A stretch of 63,639 nt of DNA, counting the filler, from Craspedostauros australis (Eukaryota): the NCBI GenBank assembly GCA_030167865.1. It is 15 parts of 15 records of this genome, joined end to end, with 100 filler letters (N's around TTAATTAATTAA, not from the genome) between each part and the next. Parts side by side here need not be neighbours in the genome. Positions count along the whole stretch, not along the records: positions 25,371 to 50,071 come from JALAGF010002243.1; positions 50,172 to 56,740 come from JALAGF010002244.1; 13 more parts are not named here. One strand, given 5' to 3'. The notes below the pieces were generated by a model, which ran no database searches, was not told the DNA's origin, and was given only the letters and a program-made list of their open reading frames with translations. The position numbers were made by a program, and so were the translations under genes. Shown here piece by piece: positions 39,203-50,400 of this stretch (its first letter is position 1; each line of letters opens with the position of its first letter).

Positions 39203-40156
39203 TTGTTGCGTTGACCACGAGAGATCAAGTCGGAGACAGAGAGGGGATCGGGTTGCAGCCGCAGCACGAGTTATTCGTACAGTACAGCAGAATGGATGCT
39301 TGACTGCGATTTGTGTCTGTCTTTGTTCTGCCTCCTTGCAGGGAATGGACGTGACGCGTTGGAGAACACGAATTGGAATGTGGTCGTTGGTGGTGATTTG
39401 TGTCCAACGTCACACACAGAGGGAGCAGTTGGAATGCAGGAATCCACACAACTCAGGCAAGGAAGCTGAGAAAGGAGCGGAGGGGTCGAACGATCGCGCG
39501 GCGCGAGGAGGAAGAAGAAACCATCAACGACCACAAACCCAACAACCGGCGGACCAGCTGACCCACCCGCCACCCGTCATGATTGCCCTGCCTTCGCTTC
39601 TCCTTTTCTCTTCCTTGTTTTTTCTTTTCAATGGTTGTTGATGTTGACGACGTGTTTGATTTTGTGATCGTGTCTGTTTGTTGGTGCAGTGTGTGTCCAC
39701 AGAGAAGACACCGACGAGGTCACCAACAGATGGAGGAGCAATTGCAGATGGAGATCTTGTGCAACGTCAGCCAATCACAACGGGACACACCTTCGCGAAT
39801 CTCGTGAAATTGCGCCGAATGCGTTCTTTGCAGTCAGACAGATCACTAGTTGAATACTCATCTCATATGGTACCCATATAGTATATCGCATTGGTATCGA
39901 TTGTAACTCTGTTGATACTGTATTGAATAAGGACACACTGAACGCAATCATCTCGCGCCAAATCGCCCAACCAACACCATCGTCCGCGTGGACATGATGG
40001 TTGATCTTGGTGTGGATGACACACAACCTTCAACAATCCAAGAACCCAAGCAAGCTCAAGCCAGGCAGAGCATACACGTATTACGCTATACTCCATCGAC
40101 GACTTCATCCGGATGCAACGCAGAGAAGAGGAACGGCAAAGACAACACCGACAAGC

Positions 40157-40603
40157 ATGACTGACGATCAGACGACCACCCCCACCACAACCACCACAAA
40201 CCAAAGCAACTCATGCGAAGTCGAGATCCAATTCCCGCTGGCGCTGCAAGCGGAACAGACCATGCGAGTGCTGCAAGTGGACAACGAGCCAACAACGAGG
40301 GTCACCAAGTCCTTTCGAATCTCCGAATCCGATCCGACCATCATGATAGCGTACGTCTGGTCGTTGCGAACGAGTGCTTGAAGAATCTCTGTTGCTCAAT
40401 GCGCAAACTCACGCCATCAATTCCCGTCTCCTTCCATTCGTTGTCACCCGTTCTGCCTTGGCAGGACCTTCCAATCGAAAGAGCTGAAAATGCTGCGCGT
40501 GGCGTTATCGTCGTTCTCGGATTACGCGACGGTCGTTCTGCGTACAATGAATGAATTCGGCAGCGAAGAGACGTGGTCGCAACAATCTCAGGTGCAATCG
40601 TGA
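40157..40603 (+). CDS. PCC1: EKC/KEOPS complex subunit Pcc1/LAGE3; 2 exons: 40157-40350, 40465-40603
   Basis: The spliced product reads CEVEIQFP...AEQTMRVLQVDNEP..RVTKSF...MIATFQSKELKMLRVALSSFSDYATVVLRTMNEF. The GTACGT...GCAG intron keeps the frame. Confidence 0.85.
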
Positions 40604-40888
40604 TCCGTGGTGCAATCCAGGCGATCGTTGTTATTGTAGTAGATTGGTGGGTGGATCTCTTGCTCATGTAGAGTAGAACAGCGGCTGCGGATGGAGGGTG
40701 GTCGATGACATCCATTCATCGATTGACCGCATGATTGACCGATCAAGGACTCGTGGAACGAAGCGAATGTTCAGCAACGAGGCAATATTAATGAATGAAT
40801 GAATGAATGAATGAATAACATGCCCGTTCTAAGAGGATAATGAAGTAATATCCCACCATAGAGTCGTCTACTTCACGCATCTCAAATT

Positions 40889-42196
40889 CTAACGCCGCAG
40901 ATCCAGCTGGTAGAAGGAGGGATCACGGTTCATGGAATCCTCCGCGTAGTCCTTCCAATCGACATGCTCATCGACCGACAGCCGGATGCCGCCGGTCATC
41001 TTCTCCATCGGCAGAATCGAAAAGGGCTCCTCCATCTGCGCGGAAAGTTCGTCGATGCCCAGCAAGAAGTACGCGATGATCACCGACGCCGGGATCATGC
41101 CCCAATGATTCCACGACGACGCGAACGGCTGATACAGCGCCAGCGGCAGCAGGAAGACCCACACCACGAGGTACCGCGCGGTGTGGCGCGAGTAAAAGAC
41201 GGGCACGGGCGACGTGAAGATGCGCTCGCAGGCGCCCAGCGAATCGCACAGCACCGTCACGGCCTTCTCCACTTCGGCCTGGTACACGACGGAGCGGTAG
41301 TTGATGCTGTCCAACGTCTCCGTGATCTCCTTCAGCGCGCGGGTTGGTTTGTGCCGCACGGCCAGCAGGTCTTCGGCGAAGCCTTGGTCTTTGAGCTGCT
41401 GCAGATCGCGCGAGTAAGCGGCGGCGTCTTCCAACGGGCCCAGGAGGTGGTACATCAGCGAGCGCGGGAAGGCCCAGACAGCGTCCGCCAATCGTTCCAG
41501 CTTCTGCTTGTGGTACGGATCGTTGGCCACCACGTCGGGTTCCATCTCGGCCCACGTCGTACCCGTGCGCAGGCAGGTGCGGCAGCTGTTGATGATGGCG
41601 CCCCACGCCTTGCGACCTTCGTCCCAGCGTTGGTAGGCGGTGTTGGTTCGGAACACCAGCAGCAGCCCCAATGCCGACGACGACAAGGTGAAGGGATCTG
41701 TCGGAAGCCTGAGGATGGGCATCAAGGAATCCGCGCCGAAGATGGGATCGTGCATGACGCCCGCGAGGTCCTGGTATCCCACGGAGAAGAGGGCATTCCA
41801 AATGACGATGGCCGTGCTGATGCCAGTCACGACGGTAACCTCCTTGGCCAGCTGGCGGGCGATGCCCGAGGAAGGCAGCGTGATCAGGTACTTGAACTTA
41901 CGGTTCGTATCGCGGGCCCGCATCCAATCGGATTGGGAGAAGTAGGAACGTCGGTACTGGCGGCTCGCCTCACCGTAGGCCTGAAATCGTTCGAGGTCTC
42001 TGTCGGATGGAGTCGCGGCGTTCAACCGGGTCGTCTCCGATGGCACCTCCACACCTGGGATTGGGCTCTTGCGGATGATGGATTGCTTGCTGGTGGAGAA
42101 TCCATCCACCGACTTTGGCAACGACGACGACAGTGTTGCTGTGAACAGTGCAACGGCGGCCGTCAGGCCCGCGGTTGTGGCGTTGCGAAGTTTCAT
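40889..42196 (-). CDS. Plastid bestrophin-like anion channel (UPF0187/BST/VCCN family), paralog 1
   Basis: LGLLLVFRTNTAYQRWDEGRKAWG, GACERIFTSPVP..YSRHTAR and GIDELSAQMEEPFSILP. Bipartite presequence ending VDG-F. Confidence 0.95.
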   Translation of the reverse strand: MKLRNATTAGLTAAVALFTATLSSSLPKSVDGFSTSKQSIIRKSPIPGVEVPSETTRLNAATPSDRDLERFQAYGEASRQYRRSYFSQSDWMRARDTNRKFKYLITLPSSGIARQLAKEVTVVTGISTAIVIWNALFSVGYQDLAGVMHDPIFGADSLMPILRLPTDPFTLSSSALGLLLVFRTNTAYQRWDEGRKAWGAIINSCRTCLRTGTTWAEMEPDVVANDPYHKQKLERLADAVWAFPRSLMYHLLGPLEDAAAYSRDLQQLKDQGFAEDLLAVRHKPTRALKEITETLDSINYRSVVYQAEVEKAVTVLCDSLGACERIFTSPVPVFYSRHTARYLVVWVFLLPLALYQPFASSWNHWGMIPASVIIAYFLLGIDELSAQMEEPFSILPMEKMTGGIRLSVDEHVDWKDYAEDSMNRDPSFYQLDLRR

Positions 42197-42700
42197 GGTG
42201 GCGGTTGGCAGTTGGTATAATAGTTGGCAGTCGGCAAGTAAGAGAGTTGAGTTGGCGCTGGGTGATTGATGGGTTGATGCCGGATGGTTGTCGCTGTGGT
42301 GATGCTATCCCTTGTTTGCCAGCAATCAAATGTGCGTGGCCTTCGCAACCAGAGGGTAGTTCCGTTTCGAGAATGATGAGGACGGCTGAGAGTCTACTCT
42401 ACTCTGGTCCTTCACTTGTTGTCTGTTGCAATTACAGCAGTAGCAATGGCGACGACGATGATGATGATGGTGGTGGTGGAGATGAGACAGATGGCGCTGG
42501 TGGAGAGAGGCAGGGCTGTTGCCGTTGCTGTTGTTATCCCCAGACCTCCGTGTGTGGTCGATGAGACAGGAAGCTGGCCGCGGCGAGAGGATCATACTCT
42601 CCCCGGGGACTTGTCCTCTGTTCCGTTTGCTCAGAAAGAGTGATGCGAGTTGATGTGTTCTGCGCAGCCATCAAATCTGAAAAATCTTGATTGTCAAACG

Positions 42701-42822
42701 TGACGTCAATGACATTTTTGAATGCCACATGGTACACTTCACTACTACTTGTTGACTAGAATGATTGAAGTTTCATGTCGCATCGAATCAAATCGACGTC
42801 ACGCACTTACGTATACTGACGT
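42701..42822. promoter_or_regulatory. Cluster of CRE/CCRE-type bZIP motifs in the bidirectional bestrophin promoter
   Basis: TGACGTCA at 42701-42708, ACGTCA at 42796-42801 and TGACGT at 42817-42822. The midpoint between the two ATGs is ~42721. Confidence 0.6.
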
Positions 42823-43245
42823 TTCGCGGACAGATTCCAAATCCGGAACCATTTGATGCTGAAGATCGGAACACCCAACCGATCTTTCTTTGGATGGGTG
42901 GTGGCAGCATGCCATCAACCTTCGATGATCATGGGTCATGATGGTGGCTACGATAGTGCGCTGGTCTGTTCTGCCAAGGGGCATCAATCAAACCAAACGG
43001 AGAGAGAGAGAGGCAACGTATCAATCAGTACTGTCATCATCAGCAACGGCCATCATCCTCAGCCACACCACACCAAAGCACTTCGAGTGAAGCCAAGACA
43101 AGTCGTCGCTCGCCAACTCTATCTTTCAAAGTTACCGAACAATCAGATCTGACGGGCTGACAAAGGACGTTGCGACCATACACTCTCTCTCTCTCTCTCT
43201 CTCTCTCTGGAGTATCAGTAAGAAGAGCAAGCAGAGCGAGAAGAA

Positions 43246-44475
43246 ATGAAGCTGCTCACAGCCACACTATCTTTGGCCTTCGTGTCGGCGGCATTCATGC
43301 CGAATGCCGCCTCAGGGTTCAGCACGAAGATCGCTGGCGCAACCAAAGCAGCATCCCTTCCAAGGACGGCGTTGCATGCCGCCACTCCGACCGAGGAGGA
43401 CCTGCGACGATTCCAAACCTACGGCGAGGCGAGCCGCAAGTTCCGCCGTTCCTACTTCTCGCATTCCGACTGGCTCAAGGCACGCGCCGATGATCGCTTC
43501 CTCTACAACCTCTCCTCCATCACCCGTTCCGGCATCGTGCGCCAGCTGACCAAGGACGTTCTGGCCATCGCTGTGATCTCCACCTTCATCGTCGTGTGGA
43601 ACGCCCTGTTCGTGGCAGGATACGACGATCTGTTCGGGTATCACCATCCCGCGTTCATGGATCCCACCTTCCCGCTCCTGAAGCTGCCGAAGGAACCATT
43701 CCAGTTCACCTCCCCCTCCCTGGGACTGCTGCTGGTGTTCCGCACCAACACGGCATTCAAGCGCTGGGACGAGGGACGCAAGGCCTGGGGCGCCATCATC
43801 AACAGCTGCCGCACCTGCCTGCGACTCGGCACGACCTGGTCCGAGCAGACCACGGACGGCAGCAAGCTCCAGCTGGAACTGCTGGCCGACGCCGTGTGGT
43901 CCTTCCCGCGCTCCGTCCAATTCCACATGCTGGGACCGCTGGAGGACGGTGCGCCGTTCGCGCGCGATTTGCAGCAGCTGCGGAACCCCAAATTCGCCAA
44001 CGAGCTGCTGTCCGTGCGGCACAAGCCAACGCGCTCCCTGAAGGAGATCACGTCCGTGCTGAACCAGATCAACTTCTCCTCCATCGTCTACCAGGTCGAG
44101 GCCGAGAAGGCCGTCACGGTGCTGTGCGATTCCATCGGCGCGTGCGAGCGCATCTTCACGTCGCCGCCGCCCGTGTTTTACTCGCGGCATACGGCACGAT
44201 TCCTGGTGCTGTGGATGTTCCTGCTGCCATTCTGCCTCTACGAGCCATTTGCCAACACGTGGAATCATTGGGGCATGATCCCCACCTCCGTCGTGATCGG
44301 GTACTTCCTGCTGGGCGTGGAGGAGCTGGCGGCGCAGATGGAAGAGCCGTTCTCAATCCTGCCCATGGAGAAGATGACAGGCGGCATCCGATTGTCCGTC
44401 GACGAGCATGTCGATTGGAAGAACTATGCGGCCGACAGCATGCAGCGGAATTCAGGGTTCTACCAGTTGAATTGA
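43246..44475 (+). CDS. Plastid bestrophin-like anion channel (UPF0187/BST/VCCN family), paralog 2
   Basis: Same family motifs (LLVFRTN, GACERI, EEPFSILP). Signal peptide ending ASG-F. Collinear with paralog 1. Confidence 0.95.
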   Translation: MKLLTATLSLAFVSAAFMPNAASGFSTKIAGATKAASLPRTALHAATPTEEDLRRFQTYGEASRKFRRSYFSHSDWLKARADDRFLYNLSSITRSGIVRQLTKDVLAIAVISTFIVVWNALFVAGYDDLFGYHHPAFMDPTFPLLKLPKEPFQFTSPSLGLLLVFRTNTAFKRWDEGRKAWGAIINSCRTCLRLGTTWSEQTTDGSKLQLELLADAVWSFPRSVQFHMLGPLEDGAPFARDLQQLRNPKFANELLSVRHKPTRSLKEITSVLNQINFSSIVYQVEAEKAVTVLCDSIGACERIFTSPPPVFYSRHTARFLVLWMFLLPFCLYEPFANTWNHWGMIPTSVVIGYFLLGVEELAAQMEEPFSILPMEKMTGGIRLSVDEHVDWKNYAADSMQRNSGFYQLN

Positions 44476-44711
44476 AATAGCGATGGAACGTGAATGCGAC
44501 TGCATGACTTTAGGTGCAGAGGGCCTCGAAGAAGCAAGCTTATTATAATGGGAACGTATGGTATTAGTACGCCATGATCTCGATTTCACTCCGCTACACT
44601 TGACGTCACTTTGTGTTTGTCAAAGCCATTCCATTCCTTCTCCTCCATAATCTGTAGCACCCCTCCACCTTGCGGCACTCTGTAGCAAACTAAAGTGCAG
44701 GTGGCGACACC

Positions 44712-45290
44712 TCACTCCAACCGAAACACCGCCATCGTACCGCGGCAGGTGTCCGCGAACTCCGACTTATCCTGATCCGGCAGAATGGATTCCAACACGC
44801 CGCCATTCTTCGTGTACAGCACGCTCTCGTCTCCGGCTTCCTGCGCCACGAACAGCCTGGCCAATTCTTCCCACCGCGTCGCATCGCATTCGTGCGCCTG
44901 CGCCGCAGCCCACTGCGACAGCCCATGCAAGGTGGAATGGGCCAGGATGGGAGCCGGATGATCCGCGACGGCGGCTTGCAACAATGGCTGACACACGTGG
45001 GCCGTGCTGCCCAACGTGCGTTGCACGACCTTGGCATCCTTGACGATGTGCGCGTCGTCGGCCGTGCGCGTCGCCGTCAATCGGGCGAGATGCAGCTGCG
45101 GCACGCTCTTGACGATGGCCGGCTCCGTGCCGCGGGGTGCCAGGACGTACTGCGTCGTGCGGTCATCGAGCCGCAGCTTGTGGATCTCGGCCTGGCCCAG
45201 CAGCGTGGTGTGGTCCGTGGAACTGGCAAAGAAGGATCGAGTCCATGCCGAGTACCTGTGGAGGACGGGTCTTGCTCTCATTGATATCAT
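44712..45290 (-). CDS. Hypothetical protein, possible mitochondrial presequence
   Basis: GC3-rich ORF with an Arg/Ser-rich, acid-free N-terminus MISMRARPVLHRYSAWTRSFFASS. No recognised domain. Confidence 0.6.
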   Translation of the reverse strand: MISMRARPVLHRYSAWTRSFFASSTDHTTLLGQAEIHKLRLDDRTTQYVLAPRGTEPAIVKSVPQLHLARLTATRTADDAHIVKDAKVVQRTLGSTAHVCQPLLQAAVADHPAPILAHSTLHGLSQWAAAQAHECDATRWEELARLFVAQEAGDESVLYTKNGGVLESILPDQDKSEFADTCRGTMAVFRLE

Positions 45291-45688
45291 TGTGATGGCA
45301 GGTTGGAATAGAGTAAAATATATGTCGAGTACAAGTTGCGTTGTTGTGGTGGTAGTTGAATTGGCGCCAAAATCAGCCATCGCTGCCGACGTCATCATAG
45401 GAAGTCACTGTTGGAGGCAGCCCAAACCACACAAAATCTGCACGCAGTACGTAGAATGGAAACAGAGAAGCTCACATCGCAACACATATCACTTTAGTTG
45501 TTCTGTCCATGCTCTGATCGCAGTGTCGCTACTACTCAAGATGACAGTGCATATCTTATAATATAAGAATAGTATAATACGACTTTGCTAATATAGATAA
45601 TAGATTATTGTGAAATGCTTCCAGCCTAGAGCCCGAATGCATGGGATTATACGGATTGAGCAAGCGCCGCGGTCGCGCTGCAGTAGTT

Positions 45689-47812
45689 CTACAACATGGT
45701 ATAGGATTCTTGGCTTGAGTCGTCCGCCTCTCCCCAACCGTTCTCCTTGAGGAGAGCTTCGGTGGACTGAATGCAGCGAGCCATGGCTTGCTGTCCAAGA
45801 TTGGTGTGACCAAAGCGCAGGTTATCATTGCACAGGATGATTGGATCGGTCAGGCAGTAGGTGCCATCCTCCTTCTTGATGCCCTGCAGGTCTGTCACCA
45901 TGAGGTACGCTCTGGTTTCCTGGAAGACGAATTTGGTGAAACGGAGCAACGTCTCATCCAAGTGTTCCTGTGCCCAGTACCCGGTGTTGTTGCTGAACTT
46001 GATGAAGTCTTTCTTGTCGTTCATGGGAAGGAGCTGCTCCGCGCAGAAACGACGGTTGCCAGCGTTCTCGTTCGTATCATTTTCCTCTTCGATGACAAAG
46101 CAGTCGAGGAAACTGATCTTTCCGCAACGGAGGGGGCGGTCCAAGGACTCGTTATATTTGTTGGCGAGGAACTGCGCGATAGTGGACTCCTCCATCTGCT
46201 TGAAGTACTTCGAGCGGCTGTTCAGACCTTCGCCGACATGCTTGAAGCATTTGAGCACGAACTCAGACTCTGAAGACATAAGCGTCTCTTGCGTTCGACT
46301 GAGATGGCCATGGTAGGCAAGACGGCATTCGCCTTCCGCAAAGGGTTCCTTGGCACGAAGGACGAACGTCTTCCCTTCGCGGGTCTTATCTGTCTCCTTC
46401 TGCTTTCTGCCGGTGTTCTTGAAGATCACCATTCCCACCCCCAACGGAGCCTTGAGGTCATGCATGTCTTCGATGGGACAGTTGTAGAAGACCTTGGCGG
46501 AGACAACGGGCTTCCATTTGTTCGCGCTCGCAGAGCTATCAGAGCTCGGCGTGATGTTGTACTTCTTCAACATGGGGGAGACGCTGGGAAGCTTGTTGCG
46601 AGTCTTGGGCATACCAAATGCTCGACCGCTGCTGGCGGCGCTGCCCTTGACTGGGCCCGCTTGGACTCCCTTGGCCACGCCGGTGGCAGTCATGGTCTTG
46701 TGGATCGACAGCCGTATGCTGGCCGTCACGGCCTCCACCACCTTGGTTTCATCGTCGAAATCGACGGCGCGGAGAAAGAGGTGGCATTCCGCGAAGCGAT
46801 CGAGCATGGTCTTCGTGTGCGGCGTGATCTTGCCGAAGTTGACAGTCATGGAGCCGTCGCCATGATTGGACATGAGCGTCTTGAGCTCCGCCTTGATGTC
46901 GATATCAGGCGTGCCGTCCGGATAGTCGTCGGGAAGGTCGTGGAATTCCTTGCCGTGGCAGGGGCAGTCGGAGACGATGAAGACCACGCGGGTGGGCTGA
47001 TTCCACGAGAGCTTGTTGGCACTGGCGATGCCGATGGCCATGTCCTCCGGGATGTCGCCGCCTCCGACCGCAGCGACGCCGTCGATGTATGCTTCAAATT
47101 CCGCGACATCGTCCACGAAGTCCAGCGTCTGCACGCGCTTGTCGGAGTCGTGCAAGTCGCGGTATGCGACCAAGGCGAGGCGCACGCGCAAGTGCTGGTT
47201 CGTGGCCTTGACCTTCGTCACGACGCTGCGGACGCAGTTCTTGACGGCAGCAATGTGCCGGTCCATGGAGTACGTTGCATCGATGATGAATGCCAGATCC
47301 ACGGCTTCCGCCTTCTCGACGATGTTGATCGTGCGCTTGATCGCCTCCGCCTTTTCCGCGCGACGGATCTCCATGAGCGCCTCCCGCTTCGCCTGGAACT
47401 TGGCTTTGGCCGCTGCTTCTTCCGCCTTGCGTTGCTCCAGCTCGGATTTTGTTGCGTCCACTTGTTGCACGAGACCTTGCAGAGCCTCCGTGCCAGCGCT
47501 TGTGGCGGAGGTTGCCATCTCCAGGCCCAGGGTCTGCAATCTGCCTTCGAGCTCCTTGGCTGCCTGCGTTGCCGCAAGCTGCTCTCGCATCAACGCCTTC
47601 GCTTCTTCATCCATTTCGAACTCGTTCTCGTCCGGATCGGCGGCGCCCTGGCCATTGGTGGCTGCTGCATTGGGTAGCATCAACCGGTTCAGCTTGTACA
47701 CATCACGATTGGGCTCAAACAGGCTGTCTTCGAGCAAGCTCACCGTGTCATCGTCGGGTTCCTCGACATACGCGCCCAGCAGATCGGGTGTTTTCGGTGG
47801 GCCCGTCTTCAT
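45689..47812 (-). CDS. VwkA-like alpha-kinase: coiled coil, vWA domain and alpha-kinase domain
   Basis: vWA MIDAS DLAFIIDATYSM, VAYRD, GGGDIPED and DCPCHG; alpha-kinase PFAEGECRLAY, FVLK, KFSNNTG, VTDLQG, LTDP and FGHTNLG. Confidence 0.92.
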   Translation of the reverse strand: MKTGPPKTPDLLGAYVEEPDDDTVSLLEDSLFEPNRDVYKLNRLMLPNAAATNGQGAADPDENEFEMDEEAKALMREQLAATQAAKELEGRLQTLGLEMATSATSAGTEALQGLVQQVDATKSELEQRKAEEAAAKAKFQAKREALMEIRRAEKAEAIKRTINIVEKAEAVDLAFIIDATYSMDRHIAAVKNCVRSVVTKVKATNQHLRVRLALVAYRDLHDSDKRVQTLDFVDDVAEFEAYIDGVAAVGGGDIPEDMAIGIASANKLSWNQPTRVVFIVSDCPCHGKEFHDLPDDYPDGTPDIDIKAELKTLMSNHGDGSMTVNFGKITPHTKTMLDRFAECHLFLRAVDFDDETKVVEAVTASIRLSIHKTMTATGVAKGVQAGPVKGSAASSGRAFGMPKTRNKLPSVSPMLKKYNITPSSDSSASANKWKPVVSAKVFYNCPIEDMHDLKAPLGVGMVIFKNTGRKQKETDKTREGKTFVLRAKEPFAEGECRLAYHGHLSRTQETLMSSESEFVLKCFKHVGEGLNSRSKYFKQMEESTIAQFLANKYNESLDRPLRCGKISFLDCFVIEEENDTNENAGNRRFCAEQLLPMNDKKDFIKFSNNTGYWAQEHLDETLLRFTKFVFQETRAYLMVTDLQGIKKEDGTYCLTDPIILCNDNLRFGHTNLGQQAMARCIQSTEALLKENGWGEADDSSQESYTML

Positions 47813-50171
47813 GTTGCCAGAATACTGTCGTATTGGATTGGATTAGATTAGATTATAGAATATAATGTAATATAATATCAGATTAGATGACTCCATACAA
47901 TATGATGCACTCAAAACGGTGTATCCTGTGCGTGCGTGCGTGTTCAGAAGCTACTATTGTGTGTCCTTGCCTCTGGGTTTGTCACAAGAACGAGTATCAT
48001 GGATTGTGTGCATGCGTCTCCGGATTCTGCCCGATTTCTCGCGGTATCCAACGCGAGAAACAGATCTTCAGGTTTTTGCAGGCCCAGCAAAGGAACAACA
48101 AAATCCGTGCCGAACATTCTTTCGCTGCGTGTTGGTGTCAAGCGACCACTCAAAACAATTGACGCGCTGTGTTGTACACGGAGAAATTTTGATGCGAACA
48201 CGCACACAACACGCAAGAGTGCGGACAGAGAGAGAGAGCACATGGTACATGTAGGTGGGATGGGCTGGAGCGTCCACGGCCAACTCTCCAATCGTGTGGT
48301 ACTGTTCATACTTATCGTACCTGCGTATTTCTGCAGGAATAATGTTTGGCAACAGCAGTCTGGATGGAGTATGCCTTTATATTATATTCCATGCATACTC
48401 TACCTTCATGATTCTCTATACTTGAAATCGTAGAATACGAGAAGTTCGTCGCGTCCTCTTGATCGCACCCCTGACGAAACAGAACGAACTATCTGCACCA
48501 CTCGAACACCTCCATTCCCGCCCCCACTCATTCTTGGAAGCCCATGCGCAATGACGGGACATGTCACCATGCGTGCACCTGTCAACTTTCAAACCAAAAG
48601 TCGCATAGCTCACACAACTTCGTGGAGTATTTCTTGCACAGTTCCAATAGAGGTCATCGAGCCGTCCAACATTCCGATCTTCCGCACCATCATGTTTGTC
48701 CCCCTCATCTCCACACACGCATGAGTAGTCGTATGTCATAGCTCGTCCAAGTGCCCATCCATGCAGCTGGGGACGAGTGTAGACAGTCATCCATCTTTTC
48801 CTTCCATCATCTCTTTGCCATGTTCGCAAACAGTCGCGGTAGTCGAAGATGTCATCTTCTTTTCCGACTGTCAGTCACGAGTGATTCTCGTTTGTGTCTT
48901 GGTCGCGATTCCGTGCGTGATTCCCATCCTCCCTACATACACTTTATCTAGCATACGAGTACCATACATCTATTCTCTGCCGCTAAGATCGATGCATGCT
49001 GTTCGTGATTCAGCCTCCTACTGCCCATTGACGTATTCTCCGGAGCGCTCTCTATCCGTGCGACGTCCCTTCCTCGTCTCGCGTGCTGCAAACGTGTTTT
49101 GAAGCAGCAGACTGCGCGTACAATACGACGTGGACGTCGCACCAAGTCGTCATCTACGCGTGCGCACGTGGTCCATGATGTCTTCCTCTCTGCGAATAGA
49201 CACAGGTTTCATCTGGAAACCATAGTAACAGCCAAGATGTTCATGCGAGCGTCTTGGAATGTGAACAGGCCGAAATCAACACACGCAGACAAAAGGTCAG
49301 GGTATGTATTATATGAACCATGCTCGTGGAGTCGAGCACGATCATGAGTGTGTACTCCACTGGCAAGGTGGATCACTCTGTTGCGACAATGTGCTGGCAA
49401 AGCTGGACCTGTTTGCACCAGCACCACGCATCCAACACGCCTGCTGACCAATACAAACAGACAGACACAACGCGATGGAATAGACAGATAGACTATGGGT
49501 ATGTGTGTCTTTCACACACTGACTGATCACAAAAAGCCAATCGTGCGAGTAGTTTGGCGCTACCGCAGACGCCAACACAGGACCGATTCTCATTGTCATG
49601 ATGACAATGGTTCACGCAACTTTCGGCTCGTGACCAATCTGTAAGCATGGAGCACGTGTGCGAGTGATATTGGGTGCAATCACGAATGTCAACACACCCA
49701 AGGCCACACATCGCGAACACCGTCTCTCCACGAATACTTGTGCAGAGACAGTTGAAGTTCATCTAAAGAACGGACTACTTTTCACTCAGTGTGTTCCTTG
49801 TCGCACCTTGAAATTATTTTGGCGCGAAATTTTGGCNNNNNNNNNNNNNNNNNNNNNNNNNNNNNNNNNNNNNNNNNCCCTCCTTCTCCCACACTCATTC
49901 ATGAATCACCACTGACTCAAACACTATCCGAAGTCAATGAGATCAAGATACCCTGGGAACTATGTGCTCTCCTGAACTATTGCAATGCAACCAACCTGAA
50001 TTCCGTTGTCAGCTAAACAACCTGACAACCTTGCATGACAACAGCCAAGAGATCCTCCCTGCTTCAACACANNNNNNNNNNNNNNNNNNNNNNNNNNNNN
50101 NNNNNNNNNNNNNNNTTAATTAATTAANNNNNNNNNNNNNNNNNNNNNNNNNNNNNNNNNNNNNNNNNNNN

Positions 50172-50400
50172 CGCCATTCTGCTGTCGCCATTCTGCTGTC
50201 GCCATTCTGCTGTCGCCATTCTGCTGTCGCCATTCTGCTGTCGCCATTCTGCTGTTGCCATTCTGCTGTCACCATTCTTCGGTTGCCATTCTTCGGTTGG
50301 CGTCTTGGTTGCCATCTCGGTTGCCGTCTCGGTTGCCGTCTCGGTTGCCGTCTCGGTTGCCGTCTCGGTTGCCGTCTCGGTTGCCGATGCAGTCGCCATT
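50172..50400. repeat. Adjacent 15-bp (CGCCATTCTGCTGT-type) and 12-bp (GTTGCCGTCTCG) minisatellites
   Basis: Tandem units are directly visible and share a GCCRT core; truncated by the contig edge. Confidence 0.9.

Noticed and set aside
40964..44268. Long antisense ORFs over the bestrophins (also over EamA, SDR and the alpha-kinase)
   Set aside because: Shadow ORFs caused by GC3-rich codon usage; no independent motifs.
44601..44608. TGACGTCA between convergent 3' ends (also inside CDSs at 22832 and 60614)
   Set aside because: Not in a promoter position; it shows the motif occurs at background frequency.
48416..49780. Short ORFs upstream of the alpha-kinase
   Set aside because: No recognisable domain and frequent stops; possibly decayed repeat DNA, but unsupported.
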